Positions 1 through 13,244 of a stretch of DNA of 64,000 bases are shown here, piece after piece. The notes beneath the pieces were generated by a model. It was not told the DNA's origin. It worked only from the letters and a program-made list of their open reading frames with translations, and ran no database searches. The stretch comes from Camelus ferus (lineage: Eukaryota). The DNA lies in contig NC_045698.1 in the NCBI RefSeq assembly GCF_009834535.1, forward strand, positions 13,146,001 through 13,210,000, read 5' to 3'. Each line of letters begins with the position of its first letter. Within the stretch, counting starts at the first letter, position 1. The position numbers were made by a program, and so were the translations under genes.

Positions 1-37
1 TGGTATAGAGAGTAGAGGCTTTAGAAATTATAACTAA

Positions 38-373
38 TGTGAAAAATCAATAAACAGAAACCTCAATTAAATAGAGCTGAGGGACCGGCAGGGGGAGCTC
101 TCACACCCTGAGATGATACCAGAGCCCAACGGGAGGAAGACTTTTCTCGTTCAGAAAGGACTCAGCCAATGAAAAGCCAAGGACTGTCGGTTTACTGTAG
201 TCCCACCAATTTCCTTTTCACCCCTCTAAAAAATGTTCTCCTTCCATTGCCCGGAGGGAAATTACACATGGCTCACCAGGGTTGCAGGCCTTGAATTGCA
301 ATTCTTGTCTGATCCCCAATAAATCCATCTTTGCTGGAGAAATACCTGGCAGTCTGTTTGTTTCAGGTCAACA
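38..373 (+). mobile_element. ERV (ERV1-like) solo LTR, ~336 bp
   Basis: TG start (tgtgaaaaatc) and CA end (ggtcaaca). CCAAT at 166-170, AATAAA at 318-323. A homologous copy lies in reverse orientation at 30743-31069. Confidence 0.8.
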
Positions 374-2089
374 CAAATTACTGCCATTTCCCCAACGTGA
401 CATGGCCACTTAGGATAGGTGATTATCTTTACTGCTAGAGGGTGTAGCTCACTCCTTAATTTTCTTCTTAATTTTTTCTTTCTTGGATCGCCTGGCCTTT
501 ACTAATCGCTTCAAAAATTATGCAAAAATACCTTAACTAACTGAAGGCGTAGTATGGACCTATTTTTATTATATTTTACATGCTTTCTGAGGGAAAATCG
601 AATATATTTGAAGAATAACATTAATGAATATTCCAGTATTCCTAGCTTGAATTTTCAGCAAGGTTAGCAGGAAGTTAACTGCAGGTAGTAAATATACCCA
701 TACCTCTTTGGAATCCCAACACTATATCATTTTAAAAATTTTTTCATAATATAACAATCTATTTCTCTAGATGTTAAAATGTGTTGATAAATATACATTA
801 ATTAACTTATTGATTCATTTATCTAGCCTTTCCTGCACTCATTCATGCACTTTACAAATTAAAATTATTTAAGGAGGAACATTTTTGTATCCTTGGGGTA
901 AATGGAGACAAGCAAGATTCTTTTAGGACACAGTTAGGATCATTAAATTAAGACATTTCATATATAAATGGGGTAATCGGATACCTCCACATAATTCATA
1001 CTATTTCAATTGAAAGTTTAAAATATGTTTAAAAATCACAAGATTTTGTTTATTTTTAAAACTAAGTTTTAATAACAAAAAAGCAAATTCAGATAAAACA
1101 CAGTATACAGCAGTACATCTTGGGAGAACGTTATTTACTCTTTGGCAACTTGGAAGAGATGCTTTGTAATCTTCCCTTTCTTGCTTTCGTACATTGTGTT
1201 TTCTTTTTTGATTACAGTGTACACGCAATGATTCCTCATAGCAGTCATCAGTTTTCATATATTGTCATTATCATCACCATCAACATCATCATCATTGTAA
1301 ACATTTACTTTGCATCCAATTTCTTCCTGAAAGCATACAGGGGTACCAGAGAAGAGAATCCAGGCCAGGAGGAAGAGTAATCTTCACAAATAAATTTGAT
1401 TCAGAAACCTTGTTGGAAAACTTGCTGATGGGAAAAAAGGGATACATTTAATTTTAATGAATACCTTATATAATGGTAGAATATTCAATCTTCTAAGCAG
1501 TGACAAAATTCAAAATTAATACTAAAAGGTGCCAGGAATTTTAAAAGCATGTTCCAATTTCAACAAAGCACATGCAACTGTAGCAGCAGCCCTGAACATT
1601 CTACATTCATGTTTTTATGTGAAGATCAATTCTATATTTATCTTCAAACAAGTTTAAAAAGAATTATTCTGTGACATTAAAACTATGATATTACTGATAC
1701 AAAGTGTCTTTTTAAACATCTGTTCTTTATTGACAAGGACTATAAAAGTATCATCAACAGAATTTTATGGATTCTTACATAATTGCTTCCATAATTTAAA
1801 ATCATAAATTCATGTTCCAAACTAATATATACCAACAGAATGTTCTAAAATAGCTTCAAATATTTAACACAATGCTAAAGAAAGAAAGAAAAAATCTCTT
1901 AAACATTAAATAAATTTTAAAAATCTTTGACAATTTTATTTTCTAGTTAAAAAATATAGATGATTGCCCCAGGGTCATGACATACAATTTTAAGTGATGA
2001 CTTCCAATGGGTCTATTTTGACTCATGCCAAATGTTATAATAAGTGTCTTCAGCCTTTAATGAGTGCAGTATTTCTCTAAATGAGAGAT

Positions 2090-2290
2090 GTACAGTATAA
2101 AGGGCCCTAGGGTTGATCTTTGAAGTCCAAGTCTCATGACCTTGTCATGAGGCTGGCTACGTAGGCTCATGTCACCATGGTTCCCTTGCCAGCTAAACTG
2201 AAATATACCCACCTCTTGAGGTTACTTGCTTGATTAAATGACAATATATATTAGGACAATTATTTAATGCCGTATTATTTAGAAGTTTTT
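2090..2290 (+). mobile_element. MIR SINE, degenerate fragment
   Basis: aaactgaaatatacccacctcttgaggttacttgctttgattaaatgaca resembles the MIR core/3' part. Boundaries approximate. Confidence 0.45.
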
Positions 2291-4837
2291 ATTAATCAAT
2301 ATATTTCGCCAGCATTAAAAATATTTAATATATTTCTACTAGTTATTGACCCATGCCATATATTTATTTGTTATTAATTGATTCATTAAGCTAAGATGCT
2401 TTTTTTATAAATAAATTCTAGTTCTTTTAGAATTTTTTCAAATAAATTTTTTTATTTTAATTTCTTTATAGACGTGTTTCAGCTTCTAATGTTCTTCACT
2501 TTTTTCTGTCAGAAGTCTTCCAATCTTGCTTGTTCTCATAAATATGACTTCTATGCTTCATTCTTTTCTCCAGCTTTCTTGAGTCTGACCTATATTCATT
2601 GCGTATTTTTAGAATCTCTGCCATAAGAAATTCTTTTTTATACTCAAAGCTATGTTCCCTTCAATTAAACTTTTGTAGAGTTGGAGGAGCTTATGAGGAA
2701 GGAAAATTGGCAGCATGCTTTGGCAATAATTTATATTTCGTGATGTGTCAGCATAGTCAAGATTCTTACTCAACGAGTTATGCTGTTACATTTAACTGAG
2801 AAATACCCAAATCTCATGTTTTAATTTTGTATGGAAACTCAGGAAAATTCATTTTTATTCCCATTTTACAAACAAATAATTTCTCCTTTTATATTTATTG
2901 CTCAAGGAAGAACTTGATTGTTCAGCAGATGTCACTAGAAGGCTGTTGTACTATCATTTTATGTTTTTATATCCATACTAGCAAAGTGAAAATACAGGTA
3001 TTTTCCATTGTTTTAACGTTAGAGATATTTTAATGTCTCAAATTTAATTGAACAAAGAAGAGAAAAATAGATATCCTTTAAGTAAAAAATAATTACTTAA
3101 GATAAAAGAACACATACAATTCATACACTTTCATTGTGACATATTTTTAGATGGCATTAAATGTGTAAATGTGTGATTGACAGAATTTAATAAATGGTGA
3201 AAAGAAGATTTAATGACTTGTTCTCTGTCATTATCTATGTAAAGGTTTGTTATTAAAGAAAACTCTGTTGACATACTTGTGATTTCTGAGCTCTGTCATG
3301 AGAAAGAAGACATGTCTTCCTCTGTTGCAATTTTTGTTTAAGTACAGGAAGTTCATAGAAACAGCAAGTTGACCCTATTGGTCCTTTTTCTTCAGACAAT
3401 TCTCTTTAGATTTTAATTTTTATGTTGCTAACTCCACTTAAGCATTCCTTTTAAATTTTTTAATCATCACTATCGTAGGTTTCCATAACGCTCTCAGTGA
3501 ACAAGGTCTTTTGTGTGGTCCCAATCATCTCATTTTTAATAGTAGAAAATGTATGTTCACTTTCTGGAATGTTCCTTACAATGCTCCTTGGGTTGCTCTC
3601 CCAGACAAGGTATTCTCAGTTCTTGAGTTCTTTCCTTTATTACCATCTTTAATGTCCTTCTTCTATCTAGCTTCTGAAGTGTGAGTTCAAATTGAAATGA
3701 CAGATTTTGTCCATTAATAATTATACACAGAACTGGTGTTAGCTGCATGGTAGTTGTCCACTAACCTCATTCCATAGTCCAGGTAATCATCACACTGCTT
3801 TAAATGCCATATTAGTTGGGGCAGGCTCACGGTGCTAATGTCTCAGTAGTGCAACACTAGATACATATACTTACAAATTCACTCACACCAAGTCCTGTGC
3901 AAATACTCCTTGTCTGGGTTCTCTTCTGGGCAGTTCTGCCCCCGGATTCAAGTCTGCTTTAATCCTGACACAATGCCTCTCAACATCTGGCAATACAAAT
4001 GATGACTTTCCTCTTCATAATTTATAGACACTTGTGTTATAAAACACATTTTAAAAGCAATAGTCAGCTTTCCTCATGACACATTTAAAAGCATCTATTG
4101 TCCAAAAATTGTGTACAAAATGACAGATTTTATACTACCATTTATAAGATTTTAAGATATAAACAATAGCATAATAGCTCAAGAGTGCTAAAAATAAAAA
4201 AAAATGAGATTTATCAAAATATAATGTTCTGGGAAATTCAGTGTTAAAATGCATTGCTGTAAATGATTCCTTATCTATTAATATTTTCTATAAAATATAT
4301 ACTGAATTTACAGTGGAATAAATTTCTAGTGGAGTGAGCAGTGGTCTTTGGTTAGAAATGGGGTAATATGGTGTCAGTCATGCAGTCTGTTATGATAATT
4401 GTGCTGATTTTGCTGGGGGCACAATTTTGTCAGCAGTTACGTCTTATGTAATACTTTCCTAAGTCACTCAGCTTCCCCTCGATCATACAGGGCCCCACTT
4501 TACTCCACGTTACCTGAACTAGAATTTTATATACTTTTGTCTTTTTTATTTGATTATTAATATGTACCAGAATTTGGCTGTAATATTACACTTCATTATA
4601 AAGTAGGCTAAATCGCTAACATTTGTCATAAGAGAAACCCAAATATGTGAAATGATGCTTGGTATCATTTAAAATAAATTAATTTGATAGTTACATCAAT
4701 TGTGTACTTTTGAAATTCAGTGTTATCTTGGTAGAACTAGAAGTGCTGGGAATTTTATGTAACTTCATGAAAATTGTTTTACTTCAGGTATATTTTAAAA
4801 CAGGCAGTCCTATGCATCTATTTGAAATGAGTTTGAT

Positions 4838-4902
4838 TATATATACATACATATATGAGTGTGCACACCTGTGTGTACATACACACACATATATATATAT
4901 AT
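4838..4902. repeat. Imperfect (TA)n/(CA)n microsatellite
   Basis: Seen directly: atatatacatacatatatgagtgtgcacacctgtgtgtacatacacacacatatatatatat. Confidence 0.8.
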
Positions 4903-5734
4903 TCCAAGATAACAAAGCAACAGAGTCCATTATTATTGTTTTATCTCCCCTGTCTATGTGTTAAAGAAAGTCAGCCTCTTGGGGAACATCATTTAATGCA
5001 TTTTATGTATCATAAGAGAAATTGGCAAAAAAACTCCTACATTTTCCCCTAGTTCAGAAACACAAAACAATTTATAAACTATTATCTCTACGTAGAGAAA
5101 TGACATGAAGTGTTTGCTCTGTCTAGCTTTTAGCTGATTTTAGCTTAAGTGTGTATCATATTGCTAATGTTGAACAGAAGACACGTTCTGTAACTGCTCT
5201 AACTTGGATAGTCTCCAAAAAAAAGGATACAAATATTTTACAAGATTATTCCAGGATACAGAAGAAGAATGAAAAGGAAAAGGAAAGGCGTGTGATTCTC
5301 TATTTTGTGCAAGACTTCTCTGCCCCCAGGAGCCTGTGCTGTCCTGGTCCTGACAATGGAGCTGTGGTCACCAGTGTCCCCTGAGGCCTTGCTGCCATGC
5401 AGTTGGTAAGACAGTACTCACCTGCATTGACTCTTCCAGAGAGTACAACCCTCCTTCAGTTCACAGTACAGATTCGTTCTTCTGAAGCAGAGGAAGCCAG
5501 AGGGAAGAAAATGAACCCTTTTGACCTCATTCACAAACTCTAAGTATATGTATAAAGAGGACTTTTGGAGGACTATACATTTTAGCATCTATACAGATAC
5601 AGTTATGGACAAGATAGATAAATATACAGACATATATCTGATGATCAAGGAATTGTTTAAAGATTGATGTGCAACTTTGTACATTTTCATATTCACTTTC
5701 TGCAACAACTGATTTGGGCAACATAATTACGCTT

Positions 5735-5850
5735 GTTTAAGTGATAAGAAGAACAAATATCAGATATCCAGGATTATAGAATTCTTAAGTGGGAGAAACG
5801 AGATTCGAACCTAGGTAAGCTACTTCAGTCCCATTCATGTACACCGTATT
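5735..5850 (-). mobile_element. MIR SINE fragment
   Basis: aagtgggagaaacgagattcgaacctagg matches the reverse complement of the MIR B-box region (aagtggcagagccgggattcgaacccagg). Confidence 0.55.
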
Positions 5851-7444
5851 GTAGTTTCAGGCTCAATGGGCTTCATGGTGCTGCTTTCTAAGCTCTGAAC
5901 AGATCAGGAAGCCCCAGGGAGGAGCTCTATGCACTTAGGAAAAGTGTTATATTTCTGGAGAGATGCCCATTCATGATGAATCACTTATAGGAGCGTAAAA
6001 TTGATACTTGATGGTAGCACTAATTTTTATATCTTTTTTTCTCTAAAACAAAACAGAAGACGCATTAAAAGTTATAACACTCCAGTTTCACTTCTGAAAT
6101 TATTTCTTCCAAAAGTAATATATCTATAAAGTACAAAAATACAGTACTGTTGCCTAGCAAGGGTTGTTTTAGATTCTTGAAGCTAGTAAAAACATTTGAC
6201 TTTGTACACCTAAATTTCTTTTATATTTGAAATAATCACCTCCAAGATTTGGATTTTAATTTAAAATAAAAGGATTTAACAAATGTAACCAAGGAACTCA
6301 ACTATTATATTCTTTATTGAATCTATCTGTGTTTTAATATATACATAGGTAAGTATACATTATATTTATTAAATTGAATAAATATACTGTTAGAAATCTT
6401 ACTCATATTTTAGAGATCAGAATATAAAATCAAACATATAATCAATGATCTTTCATCTTCTGAGACATTTTTAAGAAATCTTACTTTATATATTCTCATG
6501 TTTCCAATTGTGTTTTAATAAAGAAAGAATTTACATATTATGTGCATTCTTCAGCAGAAATTAATATATAATAGATTAGTTGTGAACAGTGTCTGTTGGT
6601 TTTGACATTCTCAGATCCTTAGCAGAAGCTAGAGGCTCAGGAAAGGAAACTCGTGGTGTTCACATGTCCATATCCTTGACGTTCAAGGGTGTTCATTCAC
6701 TCTGAACAAGAGGAAAGAAAGAGGAAAGGGTGACTTTATATAGCCTCTTCTTTTTTCTTGTTCTCACAGAGTCTGAGTTCGTCTATCACGTATTTATTCT
6801 CTTGTCTGATAAATTGTAGTTGTAGGGAATTTTATCATGTTAGTAGTTTTAAAAGCATATAGGGTCAAGTAATCTGATTTTGGTATATATCTCTAGAAAT
6901 GCGTTCAAGCTACTACACATGTCAGAAACCCAGAGAGTCATTACAGACTACCGACATATACTATCTTACGAAGCAAAAGAAATTTCTGCAGGAAGGCAGG
7001 GACTCAATCAAGAGAGATGCTTCTGCCAACAGAGGCACTTTAGCAAAGTGATTCACTTGTCTCCAGGTGTGTCCAAATGAACTAAAGTCCCATAAAGGAG
7101 TGCATCACCCTTTATTTCTGTTTTCAGAGTATTTAAAGACATGAACCACAGAAGTGATATCCTGGCTCTATTACAAATTATTGTAAGACATGTATACTCT
7201 TTATATATGAGAACTTACATAATTAATGTCCTCTTCCAAGAAGAGTCTATAAATTTGGTCAATAATGTCTTTTTTAAAAAATTAAATTGTTTATATAGTT
7301 TATTTGGACAAAACATGAAAATAATAGCTATGTGTTTGGATGATATAGTTGCATCAGGGATTTCGAGCAGAAAGATTTAGGTTTTACTCAATTAGGTAAA
7401 TCTTGACTGAGGATTGTGAAATCTGAATAATGATACATGATTCG

Positions 7445-7633
7445 GTAGCTTCTTAAAGTTATGCTATCTTCACTTATTCATGAAAACCACATGGACTACT
7501 TATCAAAATGCAGATTCCTCGCCTCAGAATCAATCCTATTGAATATAATCTCTGTGGATGGAGATTTGAAGTCTGAATTTAAAAGGACATGTCCCATGTA
7601 ATTCTTATTAACTTTGAAGTTTAGGAACCTCTA
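7445..7633. mobile_element. MER5-family hAT-Charlie non-autonomous DNA transposon
   Basis: cttatcaaaatgcagattcct...gaagtttaggaacctct resembles the MER5 consensus, and the length (~190 bp) fits. Confidence 0.65.
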
Positions 7634-7689
7634 GCTCATCCTGTCTATCTAAGAAGGTGACAAGATATGTCATGGGATATTGAGAAACT

Positions 7690-7792
7690 GTTATATGTCT
7701 AAATATATATAGCATATATATGTGATATGTATATGCTATATATGTATATATCACATATATGTGAGCATATATATAAGATGTACGTATATGTA
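7690..7792. repeat. TA-rich low-complexity tract/microsatellite
   Basis: Imperfect (TA)n/(TATG)n seen directly. Confidence 0.8.
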
Positions 7793-9692
7793 GTTTTTAT
7801 CAATGGTCATAATACATGTCATTTGAATCTATATATTATAAAAAGTAATCATTTTAGGTCCATATATAACAATCACAGAAATAATTATGCTTACTCTAAA
7901 GTTAATTCAAGATAAGGCTAAATTAGAATTCCAGAGACAGTTATTTCAAGTTTGAATAATTTGCAAGATTACCTTAGTATCTATTTCAAGAACTGGTTTA
8001 ATACTTATGAAATAGATTTTAATAAATATTTGTTGAAAAAATGGATAGAACAGAATTGGACATTATACTTTGCATTTTAACATGCTAAGCTGAAAATATT
8101 TCCATGCTGTTTGTACTAAAATTTAATTACAGGTGCTTCATTTTATTTCATTATAAATTTATTTGCTGTTCATTGAACTGTCTGAGTGTCTGTCATTGAG
8201 GTTTTCATTAGGAGGACTATTGTTAAACATCTCACACTGAATTAGCATAGCTTGTGAACTGAGTCTGTGATAGAGAATATTGTTTCCTATCTTTACTGAA
8301 TTTTTGGAATTAAAGGGGTTCTTGTTTAACCTGGAAAGTGTCTCAACTTCCAAATGAAGTATTTCTACATAGACCACTAGGATTTGCCAGAAGGATGAGA
8401 TATTCATTGTTGCTGGTAAAGTTTTTATGACCAAAGTGATGCTTGTAAACCTCAAAAACGGAATTGTCCACTGACTGTGAATTGGGTTCATGTGCCTGCT
8501 AACAGGCGAAAATATAGAAGATGCAATCAGATTTGAAAAGGGTCAGATTGGAAAGGTTATATTTGATTTTTGGCAGCAGAAGCAAATTCTTTGAAGCTTT
8601 CCTAAAGGAGTGTGGGCTGCACTTATGAGCAGATTGTTTTATAGACTAGGTTTCTTATCGGTGGTGCAATTTAAATAGAAATGGGCACACTTGTCTGCAG
8701 AGTTCCTCTGAAAAAAATTAAATCGGTAACCTGTGGCTCGAGAGCTGACATCAAAAAACAAAGTGCTTAGGAAATTATGTCGTGGTGCTGAGTTCAACAA
8801 GAAAAACATATTTTGACTTCCCTCTGTACTTGCATCATTATTTTCAAACTATTTTTCAGACATGGCCATTTATCTACCTGAGCACCAGATTGCTCAAATA
8901 ATTATAATTCATAATGTGGCCACAGGGTCTTTTAATCTTTTAATTGACTGCTTTAGGAATTGTACATACATCAAAGGGTAATATTACAGGGAATAAAAAT
9001 GCACCTTAACATAGAGATTGCACTAAAAAGATTGTTTTTTTTCCCCCAGTGCTTTCTCATTCTGACATCTAAAATTGCTTTTCTCAAATCTGTCGACAGG
9101 TTCACATACAACATAGTTAAATGAATTTCCCAGCATTTGAGGACACGGTGAAGTTCAGCTTGCAATGAATTATAACTTCAAAGAAAAAAAAGATACAACC
9201 AGATTCCCACATTCCACAGTTTTGCTGGGGAATTTTTTTTAAAAATAAAGTCTAATCTCTACAGGTCCCAATTAAAATGGAAATAGAGTAAAAACGATTT
9301 CCTCTTTGCTTTTATTCTGTGAACATGTGAAATCGTAAAGGAAATGGAATGTTTAGAGAATTGTTACCCAGGTATAGTGCTTCACACTGCCTTCTTTGGC
9401 TTCTAATTTTTTTTTCCCTCCAGGAAAAGCCTTAGGCACAGCCTAATAACCTAGTTGCTTCTGCTTTTCATGACCTTTCTGAGGAGTAAAAAATGCCACT
9501 CTTCTACAAATGGGAGTTCTCTAAAAATAGTTAATTCTGAAACTAATCTTGGTGTCTGAATGAATAACTCAATCAGAAGATTTTAAATCTTAACCCATGG
9601 GAAACAATGTGCACAGAATTATTGAAAAAAATCTGGATGTCTGATTAAGGTTCAACAACCATAAGGAGATATGGTATGTCGGTCATGCTACA

Positions 9693-10105
9693 TTTTTTCT
9701 TTAATTGAAATATAGTCAGTTTACAATGTTGCATCAATTTCTGGTGTACAGCATGTTTCAATCATACATATTCATATATATATTTGTTCTCATATGCTTT
9801 TTCATTATAGGTTATTACAGGATGTTGAATATAGTTCCCCATGCTATGCAGAAGAAACTTGTATACCTATTTTATATATAGTAGTTAAAATCTGCGAATC
9901 TTGAACTCCCAGTTTATCCCTTCCCATGACCTTTCTCCCCCGGTAACCATAAGTTTATTTTCTGTGTCTGTGAGTCTGTTTCTGTTTTGTAAGTAAGTTC
10001 ATTTGTGTGTCTTTTTCTTTTTTTTTTAAGATTCCACAGTAAGTGATATCATATGGTATTTTTCCTTCTCTTTTTGGCTTACTTCACTTAGAATGACGAT
10101 CTCCA
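9693..10105 (-). mobile_element. Lineage-specific L1, 3' end (ORF2 tail + 3' UTR)
   Basis: T-rich tail followed by aattgaaatatagtcagtttacaatgtt..., ending cttacttcacttagaatgacgatctcca. Homologous to the copies at 27467-28040 and 41994-42220. No TSD found. Confidence 0.92.
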
Positions 10106-10252
10106 AAACAAGACAGAGATAGACTTTTGAACTCTAGGGAGTGGCTAGTTCATTTGCGTTTGGTAGTAATAATTCTTCCATGGCTATAGAAGTTAAATTT
10201 CACCAAAATGTCCTTGATCTATTGTCATAATACCACATTCAATAGAAAAATA

Positions 10253-10418
10253 AGGGGAAAGGTATAGCTTGAGTGGTAGAGCGCATGCTTAGCATACACG
10301 AGGTCCTGGGTTCAATGCCCAATACCTCCATCAAAAAACTAACTAAATAAATAAACCTAATTACCTCCCCCTGCAAAAAAAAAAAATAAATAAATAAAAA
10401 CCCTAATTACCTCCCAAC
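10253..10418 (+). mobile_element. tRNA-Ala-derived SINE (camelid Vic-1-like)
   Basis: tRNA-like head with A box (tagcttgagtgg, 10265-10276) and B box (ggttcaatgcc, 10309-10319), A-rich tail, and a 13-bp TSD caatagaaaaata at 10240-10252 and 10419-10431. Confidence 0.92.
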
Positions 10419-11574
10419 CAATAGAAAAATAGTATCTCCATCTAAATATTCATGTAAGATTTAAGATTATAGATATGAACATACCCTATGTAAATAATTG
10501 AAAAAAAATTTATCTTGATGAGGGCAGAATTTTTTTTACAGACTAAAATTCAAGATTTATATGACAGAAACTCACCAAATACACATTCTCATATTTTATA
10601 ATCTGATAGAGAAGTTGTTGTTGACTGGAAGTTTTGATTTTTAAACTGTAACATATTCTACTTAATTATAATTTTATAAAATTCCACTTTTCTCAAGCCT
10701 GTGATCAGTCATATCTATTTGTTTTTATGCCATTATTTTTATTGGAATTTTAAAATTAAAATATCAATAGGAACAACATCAGTATTTTGGTTTTAGGCGG
10801 AGGTGAAGAATACAATTTTATTTGTTCTGTCCCCTAGTATCTTGTTACATAAAATTTCAAAAATAATCTATAAGAAAAGATGTTAGATTATAGATATGTA
10901 TTTTTATACACACACATATGTAAAAGTTCATTTCCAAGTCACTGACTCTCCAGTTCAAAGCATCAGCTTTGAGGTTTATCAAAGGAATGTAGCCTTTGAC
11001 TTGTCTTTGAAGAAACTGTAGTGAAGCACTTTATAAAAACATTTCATCAGTGTCAACACTGAAGCTTGAAAGGTGAGAAGTTAGAATGGGGAACATTTAG
11101 TAGCCTAAGATAAATGATTAACTTATAGTGTTAATACTGACACAGGCTAGCGAGAGAATGTTACCTGTCCTTACTCTGCTGTCTCCTATGATTATCTTAA
11201 TCTCCATTATTTAATAGCTATGCAATCAAGTGTTTGTTGGATGAATGTTGAATACGACAGATCAGATATTTGTTCATTTACAGGGCACATTACTGGCACG
11301 TTTGCCACTAAACTGGATGACATTTTCAGTGTGATGGTAGACAATGTCATTGGTATCATTTTATAGCAAACATTAACAACAATTTTTTTGTTGATTTTAA
11401 TCAAAGAATAGTTGTAAAAGAATCAGTCCAACAGACGAAATCATTTTTAGAAAACTGAATTTTATATTCTATTATGCCACAGAGAAAAATGTCATGTATT
11501 TATTAATTTTTACACCTTAAGGCATCACATCCCAGAAAAGATTCGAGATAAAAGAATCTGAGATTAAGGGTACA

Positions 11575-13240
11575 GCCTGAATATGTATATTGAAAAATGA
11601 TACTCATTTAACTACCACTGCACACAGGACCTTGACTATTTCCATTTCCCGAGAAAGTTCCCTCATGAGCCTGTCTAGAGCTCCCTCCAGTCAAGCAAAC
11701 ATTATTTTTATTTTGTTCACAGAGATTAACTGTGTTAGTACTAGGGTCACATCTCATAATTTGCATTTTCCTAATGAAAAATTATGTTAAGCATTTTTAT
11801 ATGCTGATTTCCCACCTGTATATTTTCTTTGTTAAAATGTCTCTGAAGTTCCTTTTCCATTTAATATTTGGGTTATTTGCTTCCTTATTGAATTTTAAGA
11901 TATCTTTACATATTCTGAATACAACTCCCATGTCAGACATGTAATTTGCACACATTTAGTTCCAGTCTGAGACTTGTCTTTCCATTCTCGTCATAGCATC
12001 TTTCACAGAGCAAAAAGTTTACATACAATGAAGTCCAATTTATCTTTTTTTAATGGAGAATGCTTCTAGTGTTGTGTCTATAATCTCATCATGAGACTCA
12101 AAATTACACAGATCTTCTCATTTATTTTCTTCTAGAAGTTTTATAGTATTGCATTTTAATTTATTTCTATTATCCATCTGAAGTTAATTTTGTGGAATGT
12201 GTGAGCTATGTGTTGGAATTCATTTTTAAAAATATACACTGTCCAATCATTTTGGTACCATTTGTTAAGAAGACTATCCTTTCTCCACTGAATTTCCATC
12301 AAATCTTTGTCAAAAATCAGTCGACTGTACTTGTGTCCATCTATTTCTATGTCCCTGTCCCATTTGTCTCCATGTTTTACTGGTATTCTAGATTACTGCA
12401 ATTTTCTAGTAAGTCTTGAAATCAGGTAATGTGAGCCTTCCATCTTTTTGCTGTTGTGCTGAGTGTTATATACTTCCTTTGACTTTCCATATGGTTTTAA
12501 GAATAACTTCATATCTGCAGAAGATTGCTATGAATTTATTGCTTTTGTGTCGAATATATAGACAGATTTTTTTGTTAGCCTGGACAGAAGTTTATCAATA
12601 TTTAAAAAATATTGAATTTTTAAATCAATGAACTTGAATTATCTCTCCATTTATTGCTGTTTCATTTGTTTTATTTTTCAGGCTTTTGTAATTTTCTGCA
12701 TACAGGGCATGCTCATATTTTTTAGGCTGATATCTAAGTTTTTTTCTTTTTTGGTGCTATTGTAAATGACATTTTAATGATTTTGAATTTCTTTTATTTA
12801 TTGCTAGTATGTAGAAAAACAGCTTAATTTTTTACATTGGTTTTTGTAGCTGATCTTACTAAACTTGCATTTTTATTCAAGGAATTTTTTTCCTCTATGA
12901 ATAATTATGTAATCTGTAAATAAAACCAGTTTTATTGCACCCTTTTTGAATCTTCATGCCTTTTATTTTATTTTTTTTTTTTTTATTTTATTTGCCTTAT
13001 TATATTAACTAGAACTTTCAGTATTTTGTCAATAGGGATGGGGGAAAGGAAGGTATTTGCCTTGTTTCTTATGCTAGGGGTAAAATATTCAACTTCTTAC
13101 CATTAAATATAATATAAGGGGTAGGTTTTTCATATATATCCTTTCTTAGGTTAAGGAAGTTACCTTCTAGTTCTAGATTTTTAGTGTTTTATCATGAATG
13201 AAAGTTAAATCTTACCAAATGCTTTTCTGAAATCTTGTAA
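11575..13240 (-). mobile_element. Old L1 (L1M-type): 3' UTR piece and ORF2 3' half, decayed
   Basis: Typical antisense L1 ORF2 sequence (aatttgcattttcctaatg..., ttgttaagaagactatcctttctccactgaatt..., ttaaggaagttaccttctagttctag). Confidence 0.88.
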
Positions 13241-13244
13241 TTTT

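Noticed and set aside
10254..10330. Functional tRNA-Ala gene
   Set aside because: It has mismatched stems, an A-rich SINE tail instead of a T-run terminator, and a flanking TSD, so it is a SINE head.
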